Source: Okamejei kenojei
Lineage: Eukaryota
Direction: 5' to 3'
Length of the DNA: 64,000 nucleotides
NCBI GenBank assembly: GCA_035221665.1
Contig: CM069135.1
Coordinates: 89,962,001-90,026,000 of the forward strand
A program made the position numbers and the translations under genes. This document shows positions 23,331 to 36,215 of the stretch, piece after piece. The first letter of the stretch is position 1, and every line of letters starts with the position of its first letter. Under the pieces are notes generated by a model that was not told the origin of the DNA, did no database searches, and saw only the letters and a program-made list of their open reading frames with translations.

Positions 23331-24229
23331 TACAAATCAAGTCAATTTTGATGCCAAAAAGATACCAACATGGAGATGGCAGAATGGCTACGACACGGAG
23401 AAACGTTCTCGCTGGAGAAGAGAAAATCGAGATTTGTTTCCAAACGTAAAATAAAATAAAATTAGATCGCTTGTGAAACCGAGTGAGAATTGAACTATTC
23501 CAAGCTTGTGAGTTTGGTAATGAGGGCAGCAGAGATAAGGATCGGTAATGACCCCACTGGGATATTTCAATGGGCTAGGACAACCCCTTCTTACATAATC
23601 AAATAGGGATTATTGAGAAAAGGAAATATTAAAATAATCACTCAATTTACATTTGGGAATGATTGCGGGTAAGCGCCTCATCCGGCGTCTAACAGCGCTC
23701 CATGGTCTTCAAGTTCTTCTCCTTCGAAGCTATGGCGGCGCATTTTAGACGACAGAGTTCTCCGTTTTGAGTTGTTTGAGTTGCTCCAATTTCAGCGCTG
23801 AACAATTGTCCCAGGCGACGAGTTCTCTCTGTTCAATAGCTTCCTGGAGACACGAGTCTCGCCATGAACCTTGTCTCGAAGACTGGTGCGACGCCTGTTG
23901 GAAAGCCAAAGTTGCAAGGAGCAACCCATGGACATCATCATCCCAGCAGTGAGAGGCAGCATTGCTTAATTTCCGAAGATCCACATGGCGGCCCCAGGGT
24001 TTAAACGACAATTAGAAGTCCTGTCCGTAAACGTTGATGTCTTCCGATTTAACTGTGGAAGGGACCATGTGTAGAAACGAAACCTTGACATGAACCCGGG
24101 GTTGCAATTCTCTGGTGCCTCACCTTGCTCCAGTCACAGTCATTCTGATCCTTACTGGGTCCAATGTCAGAACACAAGAAAATAAGACAAGGAATTGGTT
24201 ATTCTAGCCTGCTTTAAAGCAATCACAGC

Positions 24230-25120
24230 TAATTTACCCCTATCTTCAAATCCCTTCAAATTAGCCTCTAGATTGATCTCAATCTCTGGTCTAATGTCAT
24301 AATTATTATCAACATCCATTGAATTTCACATTATCAGACCAATTTTACCAGTTTCAGTATCTGGCTTTGGTTTCACTCGAGTCTTGTTACCAGTCCCTAA
24401 TGTCTCCAAGTCAATCACGGTTTTAATTTCAATTTTAGATTCAGATCATGGTTCTCCATCAGCCTCGATATTAGATTGTTTATTAACTTTAGTCTTACTA
24501 TTATGTTTAAATTTAATCTCACTCTGATTTAATTTCCAACTTGCTATAATTTTACCCTCCATATTAGGCTATGGTAAAACTTTAGTCTCAATCCCACTCT
24601 GAGGTTTAATCAGTTTCACTATCAAGCAGTGACTTAGTTTAAATCTCACTGTCAATTTCCTCATAAATCTCATTCTCACAATCTGTCTCTAACTGATTAT
24701 TGATCTCTGGATTAATCTCAATTTTACTATCAGCCTGTAGTTTATTCTCCAACGGGCTACAGTTTGATTAGTTTTAGACTCCTTTTCATCATTTTCAAGC
24801 TTCCATTTTAACAGTTTTATGCTTAATCTTTACTTTAACTAAGTCTCTCTTCAAGGCTCTGCATTAATTGTACGTTCACTGTCAGTTTTCAATCTCATTT
24901 TAGACTTAAGTAAATCGTAGATCCAAAATCATTTTCTGGTTTAATCTGAACCTCACATTTTGGTGTAAAGTTCATTCTCACTTTCAGACTTTCAGTTAAT
25001 CCTGGTCTCCATACCTGTCTGTTTTAATTTCAGGCATAATATCAATATCGGGTTTAATGTCAGATTAATTCTTTCTGTAATATAATCCTATTCTCAATAT
25101 CAATTTAATGTCTACTCACT
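24230..25120 (+). repeat. Highly degenerate pyrimidine-skewed tandem array related to 23065-23330
   Basis: Many ttaatctca / tctcact / ctctgg variants, low G content, no ORF. Confidence 0.5.
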
Positions 25121-25473
25121 GCTACCCCAGTCATGGGTTTTAGCACATGCCTGACCTCGGATGCAGTATTAAAGCTTCTTGTGTTGCACTTGCAGATTCA
25201 TCAGGTGTTGTTGGAGAATATTTTTCTCCAGATTAGTCATCTTGCCTTTTGAAAGAAGTACTAAACATTTACCCTTCATGAAGACATGGGATTCACTTCA
25301 GGAACATGCACCGTCTCACAATCTTCTGTGTTATTCTACCACAATGTCGCACACAACGATTAAGAAGTTTACATGAATTTTTCCAACTCTTTATAATATA
25401 ATTATTGGAATCACATACCGACACTATTGGCCAGATGTATGGAATCTTGTCATCTCCAACCTGCCTGGAGATA

Positions 25474-25783
25474 GGGCGACACGGTGGCACAGAAGAAGAG
25501 TTGCTGCCGTACAGCACCAGAGACCCAGGTTTGATCCTGACCACGTATGCTGTCTGTAAGGAGTTCTCCCTGTGACCACATGGGTTTTCACCGGGTGCTC
25601 CGGTTTCCTCCCATGCTCCAAAGACATATAGGTTTGTAGGCTAATTGGCTAGGTAACATAGTAAATTATCTCTAGTGCGTGTATGATAGTATTGGTGTAC
25701 GGGGATTGCTGGCTAGCGTGGACTCGATGGGATGAATGGCCTGTTACTGTGCTGTATTTCCAAACTAAAAAAAACCAAAACTA
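25474..25783 (+). mobile_element. tRNA-derived V-SINE (HE1-like)
   Basis: gggcgacacggtggcacag...gacccaggtttgatcc head, core ccgggtgctccggtttcctccca, LINE-type 3' end, ctaaa tail. Confidence 0.9.
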
Positions 25784-26389
25784 ATTCTCAGCACACAGAC
25801 ACTATTTAGCAAACTGAATCTCTTCTTCTTGCAGCTTGTGTTATGATGATTGCTTTATTTTAACTGCCTTCCTTCATCTTTCCTGCCAAATTGAGTTAAA
25901 CAAGAATAATCTGTGTTTCTGTATTTCTACTGTAGTGTATTTTGTTCAGGAGTGTGAAATGTTCTGTATCAGAGAAGAAAGAGGAGGCTGAGGGTGACCA
26001 TACAGAGGTGTATCATGATCATGAGGGGCTCGGATCAAGTAAATGTTCAAGTCAATCTCACCATTCTTTGCATTGTTCCACTTTGTATGTTCCTTTAATT
26101 TTCTTTGTTGAGAAAAGTTTTTAAGTGCTTTCATACTTTGCATTGCCAAGTATTTCACAAATTAAAAAAATCTTCAAAGTGCTAGTCCCAAAACATTGTT
26201 GCTGCCTCATTCGGTGAGTTTTCAGTCCAGCACTTTTGTGTCTTTCTCAGGATTTCAACATCTGCAGTCCCTTGGGGTCTCCATTGTGCTTGCTTTCGTT
26301 GATGTCAATTGTAGACATTTTACATGGTTCTCTGTATCCATGATTCAGCAATGCATGGTAGGTTCCTCGAACTACATGACCATATCATT

Positions 26390-26990
26390 AGAAACATTTA
26401 AGGCAGAGGTAGGTAAATGTTTAAAAGGTCGTGGAATTGAAGGTAATGGAGAACGGGGGCACTGAAGGCAAAGTGCGGCAAATGTAAATCAGCCATGATC
26501 ATAGTGAATGGGAGGGAAGGTTTGAAGGTCATAAGGTCATAAGTGATATGAGTAGAATTACGCCATTCGGCACATCAAGTCTACTCCGCCATTCAATCAT
26601 GACTGATCTATCTCTCCCTCCTAACCCCAATTTTCCTGCCTTCTTCCCATAACCTCTGACACCTGTACTAATCAATAATCTATCTATCTATCTCTGCCTT
26701 CAAAAATATCTACTGATGGCCTCCACAGCCTTCTGTGGCAAAGAATTCCACAGATTCACCACCCTCTGACTAAATAAATTCCTCCTCATCTCCTTCCTAA
26801 AAGAACATCCTTTCATTCTGAGGCTATGACCTCTAGTTCTAGACTCTCCCAATAGTGGAAACATCCTCTCCACATCCACTCTATCCAAGCCTTTCACTAT
26901 TCTGTACGTTTTAATGAGGTCCCCCTTCATTCTTCTAAACTCCGGCGAGTAGAGGCCCAGTGCCGCCAAACACTCATCATAGGTTAACCT
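26390..26990. mobile_element. CR1 LINE 3' fragments: - strand copy (26527-26990) adjoining/inserted into an older + strand copy
   Basis: ORF 26700..26969 gives LGLYSPEFRRMKGDLIKTYRIVKGLDRVDVERMFP...NLWNSLPQKAVEA. Confidence 0.9.
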
Positions 26991-27577
26991 AGCCCGGTGG
27001 GTGATGCCTGCTCCTATTTTCCTGTACTCCTGCGTTCATATTACACACTTGTCATTGCTAGAATTTCCTTTAGAAAATAAATATGATCTGCTACCTGAAT
27101 TATAATGTTTTTGGTCCATCCTTCCTTTGGTATTTGCTACAATGTGAATGTTAATTATGGTGTAAACAGTGACCTCATCTCATATCATTCAAATACAGAT
27201 GAGCTTGTTTCATTTTCACATTTGGTGCGAGAAATTGAACCTATGAAATGATTGGGATGCAGGTAGATGAATGGCTTCCATTGAAGTTTCAGAACTTTAA
27301 CCATCAAAATGACATGTTATTGTTGCATATCTCAGAATGCCTTAGAGAAGGATGAAAGATTGTAGGAGAGTACAGTTAAGTTTTGAGCACAGCGTGTGGT
27401 GGCCTTTGAACACAGTGTCCATTGAGCACAGACTGCAGTGAATAACAAGCACCTTTCATTTATAATATATATATATTTATTTAATGTAGTTTCGGAGTGG
27501 TATTTTCTTAACTTTTTACCTTTCATTTTTCAGGAATTAAAACTGATAATCCAGTGATTATGTGTATCGTCTGCTTA

Positions 27578-27829
27578 GACACAAAATACTGGAGTAACTC
27601 AGCGGGACAGGCAGCATCTCTGGAGAGGAGTGGGTGACATTTCAGGTCGAGACCCTTCTTCAGACTAATGTCAGGGGAGTGGGCAGGACAGATATAGAAT
27701 GTAGTCGGAGACAGTAACACTGGTGGAAGAACTGGGAATCTCCAGAGATGCTGTCTGTCCTACCGAGATACTCTAGCATTTTGTGTCTACCTTTGATTTA
27801 AACCAGCATCTGCAGTTCTTTCCTACACA
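27578..27829. mobile_element. Inverted mini-Penelope insertion
   Basis: TSD tatcgtctgctta (27565-77) / tatcatctgctta (27830-42). Hammerhead-like core on the - strand near 27635-27663. Confidence 0.85.
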
Positions 27830-28944
27830 TATCATCTGCTTAATAGATACATGGCTAGAAATAGTGATCAGCTGGAGAAACCCATGGTCTGGATTTTGGA
27901 GATGGAGACACAACTAAAGTTGTTGCAGTCATTTTTTAAATTTGTGGTTTGTGAATGGTAAATTTGGGATGCAGTCTCCTCATAGCTCAGGAGAGTTCAA
28001 TCAGAAAGGGGCTGGATGTCTGATATGGGTGGATACATTCAGTAGAATGGGTGTGGAGACTATAGAAATTCTGAAGAACAGACCATACAATTTACACCTC
28101 AACAGAGCTGGAGCCAATATTCAAATGGTGGGTTTTCTGGTGTTCTAGGGAAGAGTTTAAACCTGTTTGACAGGAAATCAGAGCAAAGATTTAGAAAGAA
28201 TAAAAGCAGAACTGGAAAAATATGACAGATAATTCATGAGAATTTGAAATACAAAGATTTCACCCTCTCTCTCGCTTTCATGTTATCCTCTCCCTTTCCT
28301 TTCCTCTCCATCCTTTCTCTCACTCTCATTTTTCATGCTCTCTCTTTTCCTTCTCTCCAACATACCTCTCCCCGCCCCCCCCCCCCCCCTTGTCTCTTTA
28401 CCACAGTCTAAGGCCCTTCCGCTGCTGGACATGGGGGGTACAGTATGGTGGAGACGCCCCTCAATATAAGGGAAGGTATCCCACGCCATTGTGGCACGAG
28501 TGGGGGACTGATTTGTGGAAATTTGGTGGTAAGAAATGTCTAAACTGTATTGATCTATTGTACAGCCTCTGAAAATGTCGGATGGATTTTCCGCAAGGTT
28601 AATGTATTGTATATATTTATCATGTGAATAAAGTATATTTTGAAATATTCTTAAAAAAAGTATCTTTATTCATCTCTCTCTCTCTCTCTCTCTCTCCTTA
28701 ACAGGCTGTGCATAAAGGTAAATACCTAAGTACAAATAAAATATAATCAACAAGGCAAATGAGCTGAGAACACTGGGAGACAAATGAATGCACAATATTA
28801 CATTTGTTTAGGAAATGTGTCTTAAAGAGGGGCAGGGCTGGTATAACATTTATGGTTTCTGTGTGTTCAGATAAGACAGGAAGGGACAATAAAAAAAGCG
28901 ATAACAATATTGGTTAAAGAAACACTGTAAGAAGGGCTAATACA

Positions 28945-29365
28945 GTCAAAGTCTCAGAGTCATACAATATGGAAACAAGCCCTCTGATCCATATCGACAA
29001 AGATGTCCCATCATACCTGGTCTAATTTCCCCGTGCCTGGCCCATATCCCTCTAAACCTTTCTTGTCCATGTATCTGTTCCAAATGGTTTTTAAATGTTG
29101 TTACTGTACCTATCTCAACTATTTCATCTGGCAGCTTAATCCATATACCCACCAACATCTGTATGAAAGAGTTGCCCTCAGGTTCCTATTACATATGTCC
29201 CTTGTTACTTTAAACATATGCTCTTGAGTTCTTGATGACCCTACCCTGGGAAACATACTGTGCATTCATCTTTCCAATCTGTTCATGATTTTAAACACCT
29301 CTATAAGACCACCTCCTCAGCCTCTTGAGGTTCAAGGAATAAAGTCCTGTCCTGCCTAACCTCAG
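28945..29365 (-). mobile_element. CR1-clade LINE 3' fragment
   Basis: LVGIWIKLPDEIVEIGTVTTFKNHL remnant plus 3'UTR. Confidence 0.85.
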
Positions 29366-30569
29366 AGTAGGATGCTGGCCACATTGCAGCTTGTCATCCA
29401 CATCAACAACTTGCATGAGAATGTACAAGGCGTGATTTAGACTGAAGAAGGCTCCTCGGTTCCATGACGGGCAAGCCGGCTTGCAGTGGGGATTAAACCG
29501 TGGCTCATTGGGGCCCCTGGGTTGAGTCCCAGGTTGCTGCAGGGCCTCCAGCAGGCCTCACACTGCCTTCCTCCGCTGGTGCGCTTACCGGCCATTTGCC
29601 CGACTCTCTCCTCTCCGGTCCATAGGTCGAGCAGAGGCCGGGCTCAGCGGCACCCTTTCCGGGCTGGTTCACGGTACTGCGGAAGTGAGCTGCGGCTTGT
29701 TGGCCAACTACCTTTTGATCCATAGAACATCTGCAGCTCCCTGCGTCACCAAGGAGAAGGAGTAGGAGAGCTTCCACATGGTAGTGATCATATTACAGTT
29801 ATATTTAGTGTAGATATGCAATAGGAGGAAAGATTTGTAATGGGGTAAGGAAGATTTTGAGTCATCATTTAGAATAAGTGGACTAGAAACTGCCACTTGA
29901 ATCTAAATCAATGGGAGGCATTTAGGAAGTGGATTTAATAGCTGAATATGCTTCTACAAACAAATAGGGACTAATGCATCTAGACCTCCCCAGATGAAGT
30001 AAGGTGCAAAAGAAAGGTTTCCTCCGAAAACTTTTAGCATGCAAAAACATTACCAGGGAAACAAAAGAAAAAATTCAAAGATGTGCACAAATGCTCCTGG
30101 AAGAAGTGCACCATCTCCTCTACTCTTGGGAATCTCTGGCTCATAAGTTCATAAGACATTGGAGCAGAATTAGGTCGTTCGGCCCATCGAGTCTGCTCTG
30201 TCGTTCAATGATGGTTCATGACCATCGTGGAAGATTCTTCATTTCCATAGTAACTTCATATGTCACCTCAGTACCCACAGAGTGGGGAATTGAATAAGTC
30301 ACCCTTCATCCAAGGCACTGCTTAAGTAGAAGAATACAGCAATTTCAGAAAGGCTTTTGGCAAAATCCCCTGAGGCGGCTGAGTGAAAAACATCCAGAGC
30401 AAATTGGTTCCAAAACTGGCTGTGCAGAAGTAAGACAAAGATAATGGTTGACAGATGTTTTGGTCACTAGTAGGTTATTACCAATGGGATTCCATAGGGT
30501 TCAGTTTACCATTTAATTTGGTAATACATATTGATGGTGTAGATCTATTTTGTTTCATTCCATTACAGT

Positions 30570-30893
30570 GGGGCGTTACAGTGGCACAGCGGAAGAGCTA
30601 CTTCCTTACAGCGCCAAAGAACCAGGTTCGGTCCTGACTATGGGTGCTTGTCTGTATGGAGTTTTTATGTTCTTCCATGACCTGCGTGGGATTTCTCCAA
30701 GATCTTCGGTTTCCTCCCGTACTCCAAAGGTCTGTAGGTTAATTGGCTTGGCATAAAATGTAAAACATTGTCGCTTGTGTGTAGGGTAGTGTAAACGTGC
30801 GGGGATCGCTGGTCTGTGCGGACTCAGTGGGCTGAAGGGCCTGTTTCCGTGCTGTATCACTAAACTAAACTAAACTAAACTAAACTAAACTAA
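30570..30893 (+). mobile_element. tRNA-derived V-SINE (HE1-like)
   Basis: A/B-box head (cagtggcacagcgg...ggttcggtcc), V core, gggctgaagggcctgtttccgtgctgtat and a (ctaaa)n tail. Confidence 0.9.
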
Positions 30894-30944
30894 CCCTAAA
30901 TATAGGAGGTACAATAAAGAAATCTACAAACAAACTTTTACCGA

Positions 30945-31415
30945 TCTGAGTCTTTTACCCAGAGCAGGGGAATCAAAAACCAGGGGACATCGGTTTCAAG
31001 TGAGATGGGCAAGATTTAATAGGAATCTGAGTGCACCTTTCTCGCATGGAGGGAAGTGGATATATGGAACAGGCTGCCAGAGGAGGTAGTTGATGCAGGT
31101 ACTATAAGCTGTATGTTTCTATGGCTAGTGGAGTCAAGGGATATGGGGAGAAGGCAGGCACGGGTGATTGATAGGGGACGATCAGCCATGATCACAATGA
31201 ATGGCGGTGCTGGCTCGGAGGGCCGAATGGCCTCCTCCTGCACCTATTTTCTATGTTTCTAACAACATTTAAAAAACATTTGGACAGGTACATGGATAAG
31301 AAAAGTTTTGAGGGTTAGGGACCAAGCATTGGCAGGTGTAGATGGGGTGGTTTGGTCAGCACAAGTAAGTTGGATCAAAGAACCTGCTTCCAGTCTGTAT
31401 GACTATGATTCTAAC
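30945..31415 (+). mobile_element. CR1 LINE 3' fragment with a nested younger LINE 3' end (about 31110-31260)
   Basis: The host ...ggtactataa|caacatttaaaaaacatttggacagg is split by a copy nearly identical to 6541-6678. Confidence 0.85.
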
Positions 31416-32214
31416 AAAACAAAAAATTGATTGTGCAGTTGAAAGAAAGGAGTACAGCTATAAACTGCAGAAAGATATATGGATGATCCAGCTATTCAAA
31501 GAGCAAAACTCTAATAACACAGCCACAATTTGGTCAAATAGATTACTGGTCATTAATTCTGTGGTTGCTGAAACCTGATTTCTAATTGTCCAGTTGAACT
31601 CTTTGGATTCTGGTGAGCAAGAATGATGTGCACTCTACATTAATTGAGCAGCCAGTCTGCAGATATGCGGTTTCCAAATTGCTGAAAGTGAATCACACTA
31701 AATGGGTGCACGAAAGGACCCATCATGTCTGGAAATCCATCCGACTTAGCAAAAGCATTTGGCAGTTCCATTCACATTCACCTGCTCATTCCAAGTAAAT
31801 GTCAACTACTTTTGCTGAAGATTGCACATTGAACTGATCCCAGCACACAATGGGCTAATTGTTGTCTGTAACATTGAGTAACAAAAAATGTATATATGTT
31901 GATACACCAGGTCAGCACTGGAGTCAAGTGTCAAGAGTGCTTTATTATCCTATGTCCCGAAAGAGAACAATCACATTTTTACTCGCAACACAACAGGAAT
32001 GTAAACACAGTACTCCGTAGGAAGGTTCTATCTTATGCCTTGGTTGTTCTGATGCTCTTTGAATCAATTTTTTTCAATCAGCATAAATGTCATCAACAAA
32101 GTGAATGGCCAACAGTGTCACTTACTTTTATAAACTTGCTCGCCACTAATTGCTTTCTGGTTTGCCAACCTCAACTTCAGACCCCATTTTAGTCATGATA
32201 CAAACTCTGAACTT

Positions 32215-32585
32215 ATAAAGGTGTGTAAAATCAAGAGAGGAATAGATCAGGTAGATGCACAGACATTCTTTCCCAGAGAAGGTGAATCAAGACCAGAGGA
32301 CATAGGTATATGGTGATGGGGAAAAGTTTTAAAAGGAATTGAAAGGTATCTTTTTCACACAAAGGCGGTAGGTGTATGGAATGAGCTCCCAGAGAAGGTT
32401 GTTGAGGCATGGACTATCCCAACGTTTACAAAACAGTTAGACAGGTACATGGATAGGACAGGTTTGGAGGGATATGGGCCAAAGGCGGCCGGGTGTGACT
32501 AGAGTAGCTGGTACATGTTTGTCGGTGTGGGCAAGTTAAGCCAAAGGGCCTGTTTCCACACTGTGTGACTCTATGACTCTATGAT
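32215..32585 (+). mobile_element. CR1-clade LINE 3' fragment
   Basis: YKI.RGIDQVDAQ.FFPR.GES.TRGH remnant and a (tgactcta)n tail. Confidence 0.85.
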
Positions 32586-32609
32586 TAAATAAATAGCAGA
32601 ATAGTGAGG

Positions 32610-34080
32610 ACGACACAAAGTGCTGGAGTACTAACTCTGTGGTGCTAACTCTGTGGGTTAGGCAGCATTTCTGGAAAACATGGATAGGTGATGTTTCGAT
32701 TTGGGACCTTTCTTCCGACTGATGGTGGTGGAAGGGGTGGGGGGTGGAAGAAAGCTGGAAGAGAAGGGGGGCAGGACATAACCTGGGAGATGCTAGGTGG
32801 ATTCGGGCAAGAGTTTATTTTTTTAAAAGGCAGGTGGTTTTATCCTTGTTCCAACTGTTGGAAGGAGGATCGAGAGCAGAACCACATCCACAGAGGAGAT
32901 ACAGGTGAGGGATCCATGTATGACAGCAGATGCAAAACCATATTTACTAAAGAAAGAAAACATCTTGGCTATCCTGGAATGGAAAGCCTTATCTTGGGAA
33001 AAGATGCGGTGGAAATTGAGAAATTGAGAGTAGGAGATAGTGTCTTTGCAAGAGAAAGGGTGGGAGGAAGTGTAGTCCAGATAGCTGTGGGACACGGTAG
33101 GTCTGCAGTAGACATGAGTCTGTCACCTGTGATGGAGACAGAGAGTTCAAAAATGGAGGACGAGCTGTCAAACGATAGTCCAAATTAATTTGTGAGCAGG
33201 TTGGAAGTTAGCGATAAAGTTAATAAAATCAATACGTTTTTCCCTGGTGCAGGATTCTCCTCCGATGTAGTCATCGATGTAGGGGACAATGAGCTGTGGG
33301 ATGGGGCCAGTGTACATTTGGAACAAGAACTGTTCAATGTAACCAACAAAAAGGCAGGCATAGTTGGGGCCCATGTGAGTCCCCATGGCTACACCTATAA
33401 CTTGGAGAAAGTGAGAGGATTCAAAAGGGAAGTTTTCGAGGGTGAGGAAAAGTTCAGTCAGGCAGAGGAGAGTGTTTGGAGAAGGAGATTGATTGGGTCC
33501 CTGTTCAAAGAAGAACCGGAAGGCCTCGAGAGCAACCTGGTGGGGGATGGAGTGTAAAGGGTCTGGATGTCTCTTGTAAAGTTGAGGCAGTGGGGGTCTA
33601 GAAATTGAAAGTTGTTGAAGAGTTGAAGGGCGTGTAAGGGGTCTTGGATGTAGGTGGGATGGGACTGGACAAGGATGGATAGGATGGAATCAAGTTATTT
33701 GGAGATGAATTCTGAGGGGCAGGAGCAGGCACAAACAATGTGTATGCCAGGGCAGTCCTGTTCGTGGATATTGGGAAAGAGATAGCTGCAGGCAATGAGG
33801 GGCTTGGTGAACAATAAGGCTGGAGGCGGTGGAGTGGAGATTGCCAGATGCGATGAGGTCAGAAACAACCTCTGAGATAATCGTCAGTGGGGTTAGGTGT
33901 GTGAAAGCTGGCAGCTGATCTCAGCACACTAGCGGTCAGGCTGGCAGACAGCACCAGCACCTCCCTTATTGGCAGGTTTAATAATGCTGTGGGAATGTTG
34001 CTGAGTGAGCGGAAGGCTGTGTGTTCAGAGTGGGTGAGATTGGACTGGGTAATGTGAGTGCAGATGTCAAGATGGTTGAT
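32610..34080 (-). mobile_element. Decayed Penelope-like (PLE) retroelement with RT remnant
   Basis: Frameshifted RT motifs IIKPANKGG, GVAMGTHMGPNYACLFVGYIEQ, YIDDYIG and SHSYLDYTSSHP.SCKD.I.YSQFL. GIY-YIG region largely missing. Ends in the same pLTR segment as the mini-elements. Confidence 0.9.
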
Positions 34081-34089
34081 GTTGCACCC

Positions 34090-34897
34090 GTGTCATGGAG
34101 TTATAGATTCATACTGAGTGGAAATAGGCCCTTCAGCCCAACTTACCCACATTGGCCAACATGTCCCAGCTACACTAGTCCCACGTGCCTGCATTTGGCT
34201 CATAGCCCTCTAAACTTATCCTATCCATGTACCTGTCTGGTTGTTTCTTAAATGTTGCGATAGTCCCAGCCTCAGCTACCTCCTCCGGCAAATCTTTCTA
34301 TACACCCACCACCCTTTGTGTGTTACCCCTCAGATTCCTATTAAATCTTTTCCCCGTCAGCTTAAACCTATATCTTCTGGTCCTTGATTCCCTTATTCTG
34401 GGCAAGAGACTCTGTCTGTCTACACAATCTATTCCTCCTTGCGATTTTATACACCTCTATAATATCACTCCTCATCCTCCTGCACTCCAAGGAATAGAGC
34501 CCCAGTGAATAGTGAAAGGCTTGAATTGCATAGTGAAAGGCCTGGATAGAGTGGATGTGGAGAGGATGCTTCCAATTGAGGGAGAGTCTAGGACCAGAAG
34601 TCATAGTCAGAATTAAAGGATGTTCTATAGGAAGGAGATGAGGAGGAATGTATTTAGTGAGAGGGTGATGAATCTGTTAAATTCATTGCCACAGAAGGCT
34701 GTGGAGGTCATCATTTGATATTTTTAAGGCAGAGATGGATAGATTCTCGATTAGTACAGGTGTCAAGGGTTATGGGGAGAAGGCAGGAGAATGGTTTTAA
34801 GAGGGAAAGATAGATCAGCCACGATTGAATGGCAGAGAAGACTTGCTGGGCTGAATGGCCTAATTCTGCGCCTATCACTTATGAACTTATGAATTTA
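34090..34897. mobile_element. Two CR1 LINE 3' fragments in opposite orientation
   Basis: - copy 34090-34505 (LGLYSLECRRMR.D.IEVYKI) and + copy 34510-34897 with a (tgaactta)n tail. Short duplication of atagtgaaaggc at the junction. Confidence 0.85.
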
Positions 34898-34959
34898 TGA
34901 ACTCAACCTCTCCCTATAGTTCAGACCCTCAAATCCAACGATTGGAAGGAAAATAGTCC

Positions 34960-35375
34960 AAAGATGGTAGGCAGTCAGCAACACTGGATGAAGCTCAACT
35001 CCATCCAGGACAGCAACCCACTCGACTGGCATCCTGTACACCATCTTAAACATGCATCTCCTCCACCACTGAAGCACAGTAGCTTGCAGTATATTGCCAC
35101 TTACTCACGCCCACTAGTCGGACAGCACCACCAGAACCCACGGCCTTTACCCTCACACAGAACAAGAGCCTCAGACACATGGGAACACCACCACTAATAT
35201 GTTCTCCCCCAATTAGTTTGTTATCTGACTTGGAAATATTCTACCATTTATGCTGTTGAGCTTTGACTCCCACCCAGTACCACAGTGCGAAGGACTGCAG
35301 CAATGAACTATCATCTTCTCAACGCTCTTAGATTGGACAATAAATGTTAGGCCCGTCAGAGATATCCACGTCTGC
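34960..35375 (+). mobile_element. Older L2/CR1-like LINE 3' fragment
   Basis: Remnant LNSIQD...QHHQNPRPLPS.RTRA.DTWEHHH and 3' end cttctcaa...ggacaataaatgttaggccc. Related copy at 55850-56290. Confidence 0.6.
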
Positions 35376-36094
35376 AAATTTAATAAAACGATGGATCATT
35401 TAAATCACATTTTCCGCCGCTAAAAATTGGTAGCAACATAAAGTTCAATTCATTTCTAGATGACTCCCTTTGTGCATATTTGGCTTCTTCAATTAAAAAA
35501 AAAAAAAAAAAGAATCTCGGCCCTGTCGCAATTTTCATCAACAAACGTTGAATTTGCAGATGCGAATTCTCCATGTATCCTAAGTTCCTGCTTCTAGATT
35601 GAAGGCTCTTGGTAATCTTGATGAAGAAACTTTTCTGCGTTCTCTCTGTTCTCTCCCGGGTTTTGCCCAATTGACTACAACAGTTTAATGTAAAGCTATA
35701 AATACACACTCGTAAACCACGGAGTTTCTGTGCAGCTTCCATTGTCGGCCTGCACACCTTCTCCTCTGGACGGTAGCAGTGAACTTTCTCCGAGGACATT
35801 AACTTTCATTGATCTGCCAATACGGATTTTAAATCCTGACTTTGCAACCCGTGTCATTCAGGGAGGGGCCATTTCCGTCTGCCACACTCATTTGCAGTGA
35901 ATCGAGTCAAATGTCTAGGATTTAAAGGGATATAAAATCCTAGAGAAACTCGTGTGTTACTCCAGCACGTTGCGTCTTTTATTTGGTAACCAGCCTCTGC
36001 AGTTTCTTGTTTCTAACATTTAGAGTCACTTTATAAAACCGCAGAGAAGAACGAGTGATGTTGTTGTAATCAAAATACATGACAGTGAATCATT

Positions 36095-36215
36095 TATGGG
36101 GTTATGGGGAGAAGGAAGGAGAATGTGGTTAGGAAGGAGAGATAGATCAACCATGGCGGAGACTTGATGGGCCGAATGGCCGTAGTTCTTCTCCTATCAC
36201 TTATGATCTTATGAT
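36095..36215 (+). mobile_element. Short CR1 LINE 3' end
   Basis: ggttatggggagaagg...gacttgatgggccgaatggcc...tcacttatgatcttatgat. Confidence 0.8.

Noticed and set aside
32688-33557. + strand ORFs of 166 and 121 aa
   Set aside because: Antisense shadows of the decayed Penelope RT.
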